Shown piece by piece: positions 44,270-60,060 of a stretch of 64,000 bases of DNA. The DNA is from Eledone cirrhosa. Its lineage: Eukaryota. Numbering within the stretch: position 1 is the stretch's first letter; every line of letters begins with the position of its first letter. The notes under the pieces are model-generated. The model did no database searches and was not told the origin of the DNA. It worked only from the letters and a program-made list of their open reading frames with translations. The stretch lies in contig OZ024741.1 in NCBI GenBank assembly GCA_964016885.1, positions 125,426,001-125,490,000 of the forward strand, given 5' to 3'. Position numbers and translations under genes: made by a program.

Positions 44270-44590
44270 GTGGCATTCCGTCGATTATGACGACGAGTAA
44301 TCCTATTGATACGATCAACAGAACAGCCCTGCTAGTGAAATTAACGTGGCGCAAGTGGCTGAGCATTCTACAAAAACGGGTATCCTTGACGTAGTTCTCA
44401 TGGAGATTCAGCGTGACACAAAATGTCACATAGCTGGGCCTTCGAATTACAGTTACAACTCATTTTTTACTGGAGCAACATGAAATAAAGTGTCTTGCTG
44501 AAGGACACAACGTACCACCGGGAATCGAACTCATGACTTCACGATCATGAGCCGAATACCCTTTAACACAAAGCTACACACCTTCACACA
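44270..44590 (-). mobile_element. tRNA-derived SINE (related body, different 3' end)
   Basis: Reverse complement has B-box GAGTTCGATTCC and CCTTCAGCAAGACACTTTATTTCA; a decayed relative lies at ~38730-39075. Confidence 0.7.
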
Positions 44591-44602
44591 CCCACACATT
44601 TA

Positions 44603-44784
44603 ATATAGAAATGCCTTCTACCGGACTAGAACTGTTTCATTCGGGAGGAATCATCAGGCTTCCTGGTGATTGCTCCCGAATGAAACAGTTCTAGTCCTGT
44701 AGAAACCATTTCTATATGAAATATTTATACTCTGCTATGTATTGAGTACCTTACTTACTTTGGTTACCCCCGATTGAACCCGGG

Positions 44785-44788
<4 letters not shown>
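44603..44788. mobile_element. Palindromic double-hammerhead element, same family as 24638-24846
   Basis: Palindrome 44603-44717; minus core CTGATGA, plus core CTGGTGA; shared tail ACTCTGCTATGTATTGAGTACCTTACTTAC...GAACCCGGGATAA then (TA)n. Confidence 0.82.
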
Positions 44789-44843
<55 letters not shown>

Positions 44844-44851
44844 AGATAAAA

Positions 44852-44926
44852 TTTCATTCTGACGACCGAAGTCAGACGTCTGTGTCAGGCTCGCCTGTCT
44901 TCGTGAAACCCTTTGTTTAAATGAAA
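44852..44926 (+). ncRNA. Type I hammerhead motif (stem III decayed)
   Basis: TTTCATT-CTGACGA-(CGAAG...CTTCG)-GAAA...TA-AATGAAA. Confidence 0.6.
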
Positions 44927-45315
44927 TAATTATCTTATGTTGTTTATTACATAACTAAAAAGCTCTGTAGCCTACATAGAGCACTCTCTTTTCCTTTACC
45001 TTTCCTACGGAAACACTTCATATATATATATTTGCCTCCATCATGGATCAACTAAGCACCCTTGCCATAATAACACATTTTGATCTGCTTATCTTCAAGA
45101 ACTATGTATGTAAATAATATTATTTTTTCTTTCCCATTGCCTTATCAATAGACAATCATTAAATATATAAAAAATAAATAAATGCCATTGTTAATTAATT
45201 AATAAATTAACCAATACCTTAACACTTCACACAAAGTAAAAAAGAGAAAAAAATATAAGGGAAAAAAAAATATTTTTCTTCCTAATAATCGTCTTTTTCT
45301 CCCTATATATATATA

Positions 45316-45635
45316 TATTGTTATACTTTGTTATACTTTGTTCAGGCGTAGGACAGAACAAAGGAGAGGCACAAAACAAAGAAAAGAATCCCCAGTCACT
45401 GAAGAGGTCACAGAATGTGTGACGAAAGAACTTTGACAATATATGAACAACCGTCCGGTTGTGGAACCAACCAACCAACCAACCGGAAATTTATAAATTT
45501 GATTTATAATAAATTGGAGTGAAAGCAACTGGTGCGTGTGTTTCTTATTGGCAACATGACCCTCCCAAAGTATAACAATATCGGTTTCAACACACGTTTT
45601 CAGATAAAGAATCTTGCTAAACAAATTCAGAAACG
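45316..45635 (+). mobile_element. pLTR-like element with hammerhead at 45395-45437
   Basis: GTCA-CTGAAGA-G-GTCAC..GTGAC-GAAAGAACTT-TGAC. Short inverted copy of its tail (ATTGTTATACTTTG) at the 5' end. Sister copy at 51245-51550. Confidence 0.78.
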
Positions 45636-45683
45636 AAATATATATAAATATATATAAATATATATAAATATGTTAATCTTTCG

Positions 45684-45737
<54 letters not shown>

Positions 45738-45900
45738 CGAAAGATTAACATATTATTCTTATAGCATTTAATAGATTTAGGACCTTTTCGTTAGACTGAC
45801 AAGAATATTATATTTCTGCAATAACTCCTCAGAATCGATCAATTATATACAGATAATTATATTATATTAAAATACAGATAATTATATTACGTATATGTTT

Positions 45901-45966
<66 letters not shown>

Positions 45967-46430
45967 TTACGAGAGCCGATTTCTTCAATCACTGTTCTCA
46001 CGTCTCGAAATTTTTGTTACGTAACTGGAAAGACAAAGGTTAATCCGATGCTTAACGATATCCCGGTCTCCCTATGGCCCAAACCATCGCAAACTATGGG
46101 TTTCAAAAGTTATCACCCCAACAACAGTTAAATGGCGTTACTTCCCTTCTTACGGAAAACGAAAACTAGCCTCTTCTCCGCAGAATCCATCCAGTTCAAA
46201 AATACTTCCGTTCACATCATAACCGTACGTGAATTGAAATCCTCTTTAGGTGAAACGCCTGTTCTCGGAGTATGATTTGGTAATTGTTGTGAAATTAATT
46301 CGACACCCAACTCGTCCTTAGGACTGTGTGGTCTACTAACTTTGGTTATAACCTTCGGATTTTCCACACACTATTATATATAATCCTTATCGAGCCCTCT
46401 TCGGATTTCAGTCTTCACATTTATTATTAT

Positions 46431-46476
<46 letters not shown>

Positions 46477-46560
46477 ATAATAATAAATTTGAAGACTGAA
46501 ATCCAAAGACAGCTCGATAACGATAAATATATATCAAATATATAAAAACCGTAGAGCAAA

Positions 46561-47918
46561 TATTTATTAAAATAACAGATTAAAGTTTAAGCAAAGAATC
46601 GCTGCTTTCACCCTTAACGGGATCTTCTGAAACTAACAAAGTCAATCTGTAAACGCAGAAGCGAATATTTCAAAAAACGTTGCAACCGGAGGAAGACAGG
46701 AAGACGATACTTTGGTTCGTGGAAACGTTCGCTGGCAAAGAACGGGAAAAAACGAATATAATACGTCATTAATAGGAGCGGTGAAAAACAATTACGCGCA
46801 AAGACAGAACCACGTTTATGGTAAACAAAAAATCTGAGGCAATTTCGGCTTGTAAACATAAATTGCACAAAACTTTCCTGTATTACAACCCCACGCTATA
46901 CCCTAACGGATAGTACGATTTATACGTGGATATTTTACGTCTTGATGTGGGAGCTAAGTATATGTTTTGTTTATACCATTACTTATTTGCATAGGTAAGT
47001 ATATTTTAGCCGTATCTTTTGTGAAGGTACGTGTACCTTCTCGTACGTATATTTGATTGTTTATGTTATGGCGTATAATTTTATATATTCTGGTACATAT
47101 GGTTTGGCTATGTGTATACGGGAGTTTTGCGTCTGTGCGAGTATGCAGGTTCGTACGTATGTTGGGTGTGTGTATCTGTGTACTTCATGTTTTAGTTGAC
47201 TTACGTCTCCGAACATTCGTGTATTTACATGTAGGTATGTGTGTGCGCTTGTTATATACGTATTTATTTATTTATATACGTTTATATAATTATTTATTTA
47301 TTTGTATACACGCATACACACACATATGTATATGTGCGTGGTTTTGTATACCGATGGTAAGTGTTCTGCGTATGCTTGTGTGTATGTACGTATTTGTTTG
47401 CGTGTATGTATTTATTTATTTCTATTACCTCTGTATTGTATTTATTTACTTTGCTCTTAACTCTGTAGCGGAGATTCATTTGGTCTCCTAGTTAGAATTT
47501 TAGTCTATGACTTCTGCTATACCATTTACGTGGTTTTGTCTTTGCGTGCTATTGTTCTCCACGCTCCACATATGACGTATTATCTTCGTTTTTTTCGTTC
47601 ATTGTCAGAGAACGTCTCTATGCACCACCTAAGAGAACATTAGTCTACGACCTCTTTTATACCATAAACGTGGTTCTGTCTTTGCGCGTAATTGTTTTTC
47701 ACCGCTCCTATTAATGACGTATTATATTCGTTTTTCCCCGTTCTTTGCCAGGGAACTTTTCCACGAACCAAAGTATCGTCTTCCTGTCTTCCTCCGGTTG
47801 CAACGTTTTTTGAAATATCCACTTCTGCGTTTACAGATTGACTTTGTTAGTTTCAGAAGATCCCGTTAAGGGTGAAAGCAGCGATTCTTTGCTTAAATTT
47901 AATCTGTTATTTTAATAA

Positions 47919-47921
<3 letters not shown>
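46561..47921. mobile_element. 1.36-kb non-coding element with ~260-bp inverted termini, each carrying an outward-facing hammerhead with CAGAAGA core
   Basis: Arms 46561-46824 / 47659-47921. Plus HHR at 47849-47899: AGTTT-CAGAAGA-TCCC-GTTAA-GGGT-GAA-AGCA..TGCT-T-AAATT; minus HHR at 46584-46634. Internal degenerate tandem copy at ~47500-47600. Confidence 0.82.
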
Positions 47922-47997
<76 letters not shown>

Positions 47998-48000
<3 letters not shown>

Positions 48001-48195
48001 CGAAGGAAGTGTGGTAAGGACCCAGGTTGACCATAACGCACCAGAGTACTCAATACTATGAGTAGGAGAGTGGGTAATAGGAAAAGAGTCAAGGCCACGA
48101 CGGCTGAGTTCCGACCGTTTCGACAGCTCGTTCTGAACATTCAGAAATAGCTGTGGAAACGGCCGGAGCTCAGCCGTCGGGATCCTGACTCTTTT

Positions 48196-48200
<5 letters not shown>
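47998..48200 (-). mobile_element. Half-hammerhead hairpin element in (TA)n
   Basis: Palindrome 48077-48200 plus a unique tail ending CATTTCCTTCGTTA-like into TA; homologous to 49894-50083. Confidence 0.8.
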
Positions 48201-48247
<47 letters not shown>

Positions 48248-48725
48248 CTTCGGTAAAACCACGTGACTACTGTCGGTGTTTACTGCTAATTTTCACAACC
48301 GAAGCGGCCTAGAACAAAAACTTGTTGGCGAAGTAAATTCCACTGTTCTATCTTCCAAAACCAGTAACTTTCAGACCCCTGCAAGTGGATTTTGTTGATT
48401 TCGGATTTACAGAAACCTGGCGGAGATATTATATATCAACGCGATGGTCCAGGTTTGTCATATTTTCCTGAGTCAGTTTTTTTCGTTGCTTTGGCCACTG
48501 CCTTTAATTTGCAAAGCTGTCTAAACGTAATGTTATAAACTCTAAGGTAAAATAGCTTATTGAGTGCTTAGCTGCACATCCCGATTACATTCGTTAGCTT
48601 AGCTGCGGCCAGAGCTTCGATTATGCTGTACTTCCTTTTGTGTATATATATATATATACGGGGAGTGAAATGCGGAGTTACTGTAGGTTCACCCGGGTGA
48701 GCACTCGATGTTTAGGTTCACGTCA

Positions 48726-48761
<36 letters not shown>

Positions 48762-48862
48762 GATGGGTGCCCCCTCGTTATCGAGTATGGCCATTGCACG
48801 AGGAGAAAAGAAATAAAAAAAAAAAATAATAATAATAATAAATAAATAAAAAAATTTAAAAA

Positions 48863-48918
<56 letters not shown>

Positions 48919-49088
48919 ATACACACACACACACACATATATACATACACACATATACATTAATAACAATGATAATAATAATAATAATAACAACAATAAT
49001 AATAATAACGACAACAACAACAATAATAATATACATATACACACACACGCACACACATAAACATATCTATACACATACACGATAGCAA

Positions 49089-49765
<677 letters not shown>

Positions 49766-49812
49766 GTATGTATATATATATATATATGTGTATATATATA
49801 TATATATATATG

Positions 49813-49889
<77 letters not shown>

Positions 49890-49893
49890 GTAT

Positions 49894-50083
49894 ATAGGAA
49901 CCAGTAAGACCCCGACAGCTGAGCTCAAGCCGTTTCGACGGCTAATTCAGAATTAGCCGTCGAAACGGCTTGAGCTCAGCTGTCGGGGTCTTACTGGTTC
50001 CTATTACCCACTCTACTACCTCAAGTATTGAGTACTTTGGTGCGTTATGGTCCACCTGGTTCCTTACCACATTTCCTTCGTTA
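49894..50083 (+). mobile_element. Half-hammerhead hairpin element with perfect 54-bp arms
   Basis: 49894-49947 / 49951-50004 are exact reverse complements around CAG; contains GAAACGGCT..AGCTGTC (stem III + GTC). Confidence 0.85.
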
Positions 50084-50117
50084 TATGTATATATATATAT
50101 ATATATGTATATATATG

Positions 50118-50167
<50 letters not shown>

Positions 50168-50250
50168 TGTATATACATATATATATATATATATGTATAT
50201 ACATATATATATATACATATATATAAATATATACATATATATATATATAC

Positions 50251-50325
<75 letters not shown>

Positions 50326-50375
50326 TATATACATATATATATATATACATATATATATACACATATATATATACA

Positions 50376-50911
50376 TAGGAGAACCCCTACCGATGCGCTG
50401 AACAAGTGTGACTTTTTACTCCAGCCAGCGACTTGAAAACTCTGGTACAAACACTACACTTGTGGTAATTATTGACACATAGTGCTGGGCCCATGGTACC
50501 ATGTGACGACAAGTGCAGAGAGATCTCCAGATATAAAGCAATGCCTGTGCCGTGAAGCTTTTATAGTGAGCAAAGGCACTGCACAAAGCCAGTCCCACTC
50601 TCTTAACCAAGATGATATTTACCAAAAAGAAGAACAAGTCAACATCATTGGATACCATCAGAGTTGCAGGTGTTATATCAGAGCTTTCCTTCTCCTAGAA
50701 TTCTGCCTTGACAAAGGCTAAGGGGTCATCTCTCCCGGTGATTTTGGATGGCCATTGACTCTTAAGAGCTCCTTTGCCCTTTGACAGGTTTTGTTTTTAG
50801 TCCTGCAGGATGTCCAAAGTCACCCTCCTCACCAAGTAACCTTGGTGGGGTTGCCAGTTTAGTCGCCAACGACCCGACCATGGGACAGGTTGTACTGGGA
50901 TACATGTTACC
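50376..50911. mobile_element. Unclassified interspersed repeat, copy 2
   Basis: Homologous to 18453-18990; TA arrays on both sides. Confidence 0.7.
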
Positions 50912-50918
50912 ATATATG

Positions 50919-50969
<51 letters not shown>

Positions 50970-51244
50970 GTGTGTGTGTGTGTGTATATATACACATATA
51001 CGTATGTGTATGTATGTAGGTATAAACACCAACCAAAATTGTTATAATTACTGGTACTTCAATTAAAAGTTTTAATTACAATCGGCCTAAGAATACGTTT
51101 CTCCAACGAAAGTGACATCCAATTATATGAGAGAAAAAGTGAGTACGATTATACATCAACACACGTGTGTGTGTGTGTGTGCGTGTGCGTGCGTGCGTGC
51201 GTGCGTGTGCGTGTGCGTGTGCGCGTGCGTGTCTGTGTGTGTGT

Positions 51245-51545
51245 CGTTTCTGAATTCGTTTTGCAAGATTTCTTATCTTAAAACGTGTGTTGAAACAGAT
51301 ATTGTTATACTTTGGTAGGGTCATGCTGCCAATAAAACAAGATGTATGATAGAACAAAGGAGAGACACAAAATAAGAATCCAGTCACTGAGGAGGAGGTC
51401 ACAGAATGTGTGACGAAAGAGCTTTGACAATATATAAACAATCATCCGATTATCGAACTATCCAGCCAGGCGAGAATTTATAATAAATTGAAGTGAAAAA
51501 CAACAGATGCGTGTGTTTTTATTGACAGCGTGACCTTCCCAAATA

Positions 51546-51550
<5 letters not shown>
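51245..51550 (+). mobile_element. pLTR-like element with hammerhead at 51383-51428 and inverted tail
   Basis: GTCA-CTGAGGA...GTCAC..GTGAC-GAAAGAGCTT-TGAC; 51245-51335 is the reverse complement of the family tail seen at 45540-45635. Confidence 0.75.
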
Positions 51551-51620
<70 letters not shown>

Positions 51621-51779
51621 GTTGTATTAATATTATGGTTATGATAATATTAATGGGAGTAGTTAATCTCATTTACAAGTTGATTTAAAGCGCAATGCAG
51701 TGGGGATTACGCAGGGCTTTTATACATTAAATTCAGAAACATCGAAAATTCAAAGCATTATGAAACTGACTAAAGTTTG

Positions 51780-52250
51780 AGGCAATCCAACGAAGCAACA
51801 CCAAGAGGATTGTCACGTTGAAGGAGATGAGCTATTGGGAGAGTCTAAAAGAATTGAAACTCTTCTCCTTGGAACCAGACGAAGATGGGAGAAATACGCA
51901 GTGATATACATATGGAAAATCCTGGAAGGTCTAGCACCAAACTTTGGCATTGAGAGCTCGACCAACCCCCGAACATGACGTCACTGTGTGGTACCAAAGG
52001 TCCAATCTGTCACATTTAGAATAAGGAGCAGATATTGCAATAGTCTGGGGGTTCAAAGGCCCTCAACTCTTCAACAGGTTGCCAAGAAATTTGAGAGAAC
52101 CGCATGGTGTGGACGTGGATGTTTTCAAGAAACATCTTGACACTCTGCTATCTAGGATCCCGGATGAGCCTACAGCACGGTACGAAGGTAACCTAAGGTC
52201 AGCAGCAACCAACTCACTCTTACACCAATAGCCAGCCAACACAGGGTGGA
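51780..52250 (+). mobile_element. Decayed CR1/L2-group LINE 3' fragment
   Basis: Translates as QRSNTKRIVTLKEMSYWESLKELKLFSLE / RWEKYAVIYIWKILEG, resembling the CR1-group YEERLKxLxLFSLExRR region; frameshifted. Confidence 0.65.
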
Positions 52251-52343
52251 GATAGAACGTGCAGCAACAAGGACGGTGCCCCAGCATGGCCTCAACCGGA
52301 TGATTGGAACAAGTAAAAGAGTAATATATATATATATTAATAT

Positions 52344-52664
52344 AATATTAATAAATGGAAAATATCTTTATAAAACCATATTTATTTTATTATACGTATT
52401 TCAAGGGTACTAATATTTAAGTACGCTTTCGTCAGATAAAATACAATATTTGGTGTAAAGATAGTGACATATCTTCATGTGAACTTAATGGTATAAGTCC
52501 AGTGAGGATACTTATACCATTAAGTTCACATGAAGATATGTCATTATCTTCACACCAAATATGGTATTTGATCTGACGAAAGCGTACTTAAATATTAGTA
52601 CCCTTGAAATACGTATAATAAAATAAATATGGTTTTATAAAGATATTTTCCATTTATTAATATT
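52344..52664. mobile_element. Palindromic double-hammerhead element, 155-bp arms
   Basis: Arms 52344-52498 / 52510-52664. Plus HHR at 52565-52625: TATTTGAT-CTGACGA-(AAGCGTACT..AGTACCCTT)-GAA-ATACGTAT-A-ATAAAATA; minus HHR at 52383-52443. Confidence 0.88.
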
Positions 52665-52969
52665 AATTGTTTCTACTTTTGGCACAAGGCCAGCAATTAC
52701 CCCAGTGCATTACTGGTACTTTATTTTATCGACCCCGTAAGGATGAAAGGCAAAGTTAACCTCGGCAGGATTTGAACTCAGATAAGAAAGGGGCGTAACT
52801 CTGTGCTGCAAGGCATGTTGTCCGACCCTCTACCGATACTGCCAAACCACCGCCCTAAATAATATTATTAATATTAATGATACTCCAGATAAATATTGTA
52901 GAGTGCTTCTATGCTGTTATAAAATTAACCTTGTTGAATGATCAACAAACCATATAACTTATTGTTTAC

Positions 52970-54251
<1,282 letters not shown>

Positions 54252-54594
54252 TGTGTGAGAAAAGTAACGTGGCTTAGTGTGTTGTGTGAACTATGAGTGG
54301 GGCAGGGATTGACGTGTGTGTCACCGTGTGACGTAATATCCGGGGAGTATATAACTGCGATCTCAGCTCTCACCAGCCATTGTATGACGACGCAGCTGTG
54401 GAGAATCCTGGGAGAGTCCTTCGAAGTGTGCATGTAGGCATGGCGGAGAAGAATGGGAAAGTGCGTTAGAATCGAGGGGGATTATTCCGAAGATGAAAAC
54501 TTGTGGTTTGTAGTTTGGAATATATATATAAATATTCATTTTGCGACACACACACACACGTGTGTGTGTGTGTGTGTGTGTGTACTGTATATAT

Positions 54595-55387
54595 ATACAA
54601 TTGAATATATGAGAGGGATGAACACCGATACAAGTATACATGTGTTCGAATTGTAAATGACCAAGTTAGCTAGGTTGAAAAATACCAATTTAAAATAATT
54701 GTTTCTACTTTTGGCACAAGGCCAGCAATTATCCCAGTGCATTACTGGTACTTTATTTTATCGACCCCGTAAGGATGACAGGCAAAGTTAACCTCGGCGG
54801 GATTTGAACTCAGAATGGCATTTAAAATAATATGGTTAGCCTGTCTCGATTTAAAGTGATAAATCAATAAAAATAACAAACCTATATTGGGCAATCGCCG
54901 TTTGATACCCGGACAGATCCTAAATCTGTTTCGCAACAATTATTAAGTGAAAGTCACTACCCCTGTGCTCTTCTGCGAGTTCCGTACGTAGAGCTAACTT
55001 TAGTCCCATAAAACCGGCTGCTATTTTTAGCGGCACGAGTACGAGACGCGTTAGGGGCTGTGACATGTGCGTTCAACAACACATAGTTTTCAGTCTCTTA
55101 AATCTTTTGAAGTGAAAGGTACGAATTTCCTGGATACCCGCAGAAGAGCACAGGGGTAGTGACTTTCACTTAATAATTGTTGCGAAACAGATTTAGGATC
55201 TGTCCGGGTATCAAACGGCCATTGCCCAATATAGGTTTGTTATTTTTATTGATTTATCACTTTAAATCGAGACAGGCTAACCATATTATTTTAAATTGGT
55301 ATTTTTCAACCTAGCTTACTTGGTCATTTACAATTCGAACACAGGTATACTTGTATCGGTGTTCATCCCTCATATATTCATTTGTAT
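54595..55387. mobile_element. Inverted-repeat double-hammerhead element (CAGAAGA core), left arm interrupted by a SINE
   Basis: Arms ~54595-54977 / 55139-55387. Plus HHR at 55133-55212: GATACCCG-CAGAAGA-stem II-GAA-ACAGAT..ATCTGT-C-CGGGTATC. SINE at 54700-54819 with 12-bp TSD ATTTAAAATAAT. Confidence 0.85.
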
Positions 55388-55466
55388 TACACGGCTCGGA
55401 AATATTCCCTTCTTTGAGCTATTTAATTGTAAAAGAGTATTTTCAGTTTATAACTCAATATATGAT

Positions 55467-55964
<498 letters not shown>

Positions 55965-56006
55965 TAATATAATCTATACACAATCATACACACCCGTGTA
56001 TATTTA

Positions 56007-56036
<30 letters not shown>

Positions 56037-56039
<3 letters not shown>

Positions 56040-56437
56040 TCATCATCATCATCATCATCAACGTTTAACGTCCGTGTTCCACGCTTGCATGGGTTTGGAC
56101 GGGGGTAGTCCCACTTGAGGCAAGAGTGATTGTCTTGCTCGCATAGGACTGTCTGGCAGGTTTTCTACAGTTGGATGCCCTTCCTAACACCAACCACATT
56201 TACAGTGTGGGTCTGGGAGGTTTTTACCGTGTTGCCTACACGGCCACATTACAGCGTGGACTGTGTGTTTTTTTTGTCGTGACACCTACACGATCTCATT
56301 TGTTTCGGCCTGGATGGCGCGGCACCAACATAACTTTACATAGAATGGGGTGGTGTGGATGGGGTGGGGGTGGTGGGACGGGGTGTATTTTGTTAGAGAT
56401 GCCTACTGGCTAGAGTAGGTTTTACTATATATTTAGA
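56037..56437 (-). mobile_element. RTE subfamily A 3'-end fragment
   Basis: 3' UTR + (TGA)n tail; same variant segment as the 28540 and 30231 copies; TA flanks. Confidence 0.9.
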
Positions 56438-56495
56438 TATATATATATATATATATGATATATATATATATATGATATATATATATATATATATA

Positions 56496-56544
<49 letters not shown>

Positions 56545-56595
56545 ATATATATATATATATGATATATATATATATATATATGATATATATATATA

Positions 56596-56693
<98 letters not shown>

Positions 56694-56775
56694 GGGGATA
56701 CGCATATACACATTATAGACACACATACATAATCGCTTGATACAACACAATATAATACAACCACCATTGATATAG

Positions 56776-56810
56776 TAGCAACGTTTCGGGCGTTAGCCCT
56801 TCATCGGAAG
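56776..56810 (-). ncRNA. Degenerate hammerhead-like motif
   Basis: Minus strand CCGATGA-A-GGGC-TAAC-GCCC-GAA-ACGT-T; stem I does not pair convincingly. Confidence 0.5.
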
Positions 56811-56942
56811 ATAGAACATAAATAAGAGAAAAAGTAGGTTAGACGTGAGTAAGAGTAGGAAGAAACAGAATTTTTTTTCTTTCATGAGAGGAAAGCACGT
56901 GTGTTTAGTCATCCTTTATGGAGAAGTGTGTCTGTCTGCATG

Positions 56943-56973
<31 letters not shown>

Positions 56974-57021
56974 ATTAGATATATATAATATATGTAATTA
57001 TATATGTATATGTATACTGTG

Positions 57022-57133
<112 letters not shown>

Positions 57134-57209
57134 GTATATACATACATACACACATACATACACTCGTACATATGTATATATATATGTGGGTGTGTGTGTG
57201 TGTGTATAA

Positions 57210-57247
<38 letters not shown>

Positions 57248-57398
57248 AAAAAAGATGAAATCGAAAATGCAACTGGAGTCTTTTTTTTTAAATATATATT
57301 TATTTGGTTCCTTTGCCGGTTTCGCAGTTCTTCTGCTTTTCAAAAGTAGAGTTGAGATGGAGGGTTTGTGGTTTTTCTCACATCTGTGTATACACGTA

Positions 57399-57515
<117 letters not shown>

Positions 57516-59719
57516 GAAATCTGAGCGTTAAAGGTTACATGTAATAATAAATAAGAAAAGTTGAATGTCCTGGATGTAGATAGCTGTAAATTTGGGTTGA
57601 TATAAAGAAATCCAAGTGGCGAATTGGCAGAGTCGTCACAACCTCGGATAGAATGTTTTATGGTATTTGTTCCGGCTCTCTGAGCACAAATCTAGCCGAG
57701 GTCAGCTTTGCTTTTCATCCTTTTGGGGTCGATAAAAAAGTACCAGTCTAGTATTTGCGTCGATACTTCCTCCATACCTCTTTCTCATTTCCTCTCTCTC
57801 ACTTTCTATCTTTCTCTGGAAGAAATCTGCTGTACTCAGGCCTGGAGAGGGATGGGCTCCGCTAGGCTTGAAATGTCCAAGAAACGTCCTATGTCAACAC
57901 GGTGCCCCTACGACTCTGTCAGGAGTTACGGGGCCATACACACACATAAAGAAATCAAAGTGGCAAGTTGGCAGAGTCGTCAGAACGTCGGATAGAATGC
58001 TTTGTGGTATTCATTACGACTCTGCTCTTGCAAGAACTGACAAACCTAGCTGTCTCCACTGTAGTAAAGCTTCCTCTAGCTCCCTGTTGGAACTAATCCA
58101 TGTTGGAAAAGTAGGATGTTACCCACCAGAAGGAGGCATACATGGATGGAGGAAAGAAAGCAGGGAAGAGACAGCAAAAGGATTTACGTAGACATTAGAG
58201 AAATATATATACACTTTCAAATATACAGTTTTGTATCATAGAAACCGAGGTCAACGTTGTCTTTCATCCATTCGAGGTCGATAAAAATAGTACCAGTCTA
58301 GTACAGGGATCGATCTTTCCTCTATATCTTTCTCACTTCCACTCTCTTATTCTCTCTATACTTCTCTGGAAGAAATCTACTGTATTCAAACCTGGGGGGA
58401 ATTGCCCCCACCCTCTACCGATTAAAAAATGTCCTAGAAACGCTGTATATCGATACGGCGCCTCTAAAACTCCCTTGGTAGTTACAGGACCATTCCTGCA
58501 TACATAAAGAAATCATATAAAACAGCGCTGCATTTAAGCCAATTTACCTAATTGCTCCCAATTGGATTCTGTGTTTAGGGGGTGGGACGCGGGTTGTGTT
58601 TGGTGTAAACTATGTCCTGTTCCACATCAAGGACACACAACAACACATTGCAGTATATGTGTAAAAACGAGGGTGGTAGATCGGTAGAATTGGTAGAGCA
58701 TCGGATAAAATGTCATTGCGGTATTTGTTCTGGCGCTTATCGACTTTTGTTGTTGTTTTTATCTGTTTGTTTTTGTAGTTACTTTTTGGCCAGTTTTCTA
58801 AGCTTCAATACGCTTCCAATAATCCAACCACTTTACAGAGTGTACTGGGTACCTTTTATTGTGCCACCAACACTAAAGAGATTGTCATGTCCTTGACTCA
58901 CTGAACACTATACAGTGTGGTGAAAAAAAACGAAAAAAAAACAGGTATGATACAAAAAGTTAAAGGGTGTTTAAAAAGAATGCACCTAATACTCTGTCAT
59001 TGAAGAAGTGCTGTGCAGGTTTATTCTTCAAGGACGAAAATAGCATGCAGCTGATTTCATTTATAATCTCTTTATAAAGCCCTGGATCAGGTTTCTAATC
59101 CCATGCACGTGGGCTACTTCACCCATAAGGCGCACGCCTCCACATACACATACATATATCTACACATACATCCACACACACATACATACACACAAATGAA
59201 ACTATTTCAAATAAAAGCAATCCATTCATCTTTTAAAAATATTAAAGCAGGGCCATTAAAAAAATGGTTAAAACAGTCTTGGTGATAATGTCTATATTGA
59301 CAATCTCGTCTTCACCCCACTCTACCCTACCCTACCCTACCCTCTTTCTTACTGGTGTTTCTCTTTCATTACCATGATTCTAATGAAAGACATTGCTTGT
59401 CATTTTCAAATAATTTTGAAAATAATTGATTCTACTTTTGGCATAAGGCCAGCAATTATCCCAGTGTACTTTATTTTTATCGACTTTATTTTTATCGACC
59501 CCGTAGGATGAAAGGCAAAGTTAACCTCGGCGGGATTTGAACTCAGACCATAAAGGGCCGTTAACTCTTTGCTGCAAAGCATGGCGTCAGACTCTGAAGA
59601 ATTTAATGATATAACTAACTTTCTCATTATTAGGCTGGTGCTTAGAACATAAATAAGAAAGGTTCTTACATAAAATTATGATAGAAGATTTAGAGATATA
59701 CTAGTAGTGGTACCCGACA

Positions 59720-60060
59720 ATGCCCGAGGATATTATGAAGGTAACAATATAAATCCTCAGCAAGGCCGCTGGGAAAGATGAAATCCGGCCTGAGATGTTA
59801 AAAGCCTTAAATAGTGAAGGTATTCTCTGACTGACTCGTGTGTGTTGGGTGGCCTGGATCTCTGGAAAGGGACCCAAGCAATGGCAATCGGGAGTGATGA
59901 TCCCAATTTTCAAAAAGGGAGACAAGAGAGATTGTTCCAATTACAGAAGGATCTCCTTGTTAAGCCTCCCCGGTAAAGTCTATGCTAAGTATCTGGCAAA
60001 GAGATGCAAGGTGATTGTTGGGTTGAAGCTAGCTGGTGAACTGTGCGGTTTTCGCACAAC
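59720..60060 (+). mobile_element. Old RTE-clade RT fragment
   Basis: KAAGKDEIRPEMLKAL (in-frame stop follows) ...WQSGVMIPIFKKGDKRDCSNYRRISLLSLPGKVYAK. A reverse Helitron 3' end (CTAG + CCCG hairpin) is adjacent at ~59701-59727. Confidence 0.8.

Noticed and set aside
46561-47921. Classification as a DNA-transposon MITE because of long TIRs
   Set aside because: No diagnostic TSD or terminal motif. The arms carry outward-facing HHRs and a partial tandem copy, which fits inverted Penelope-type pLTRs better.
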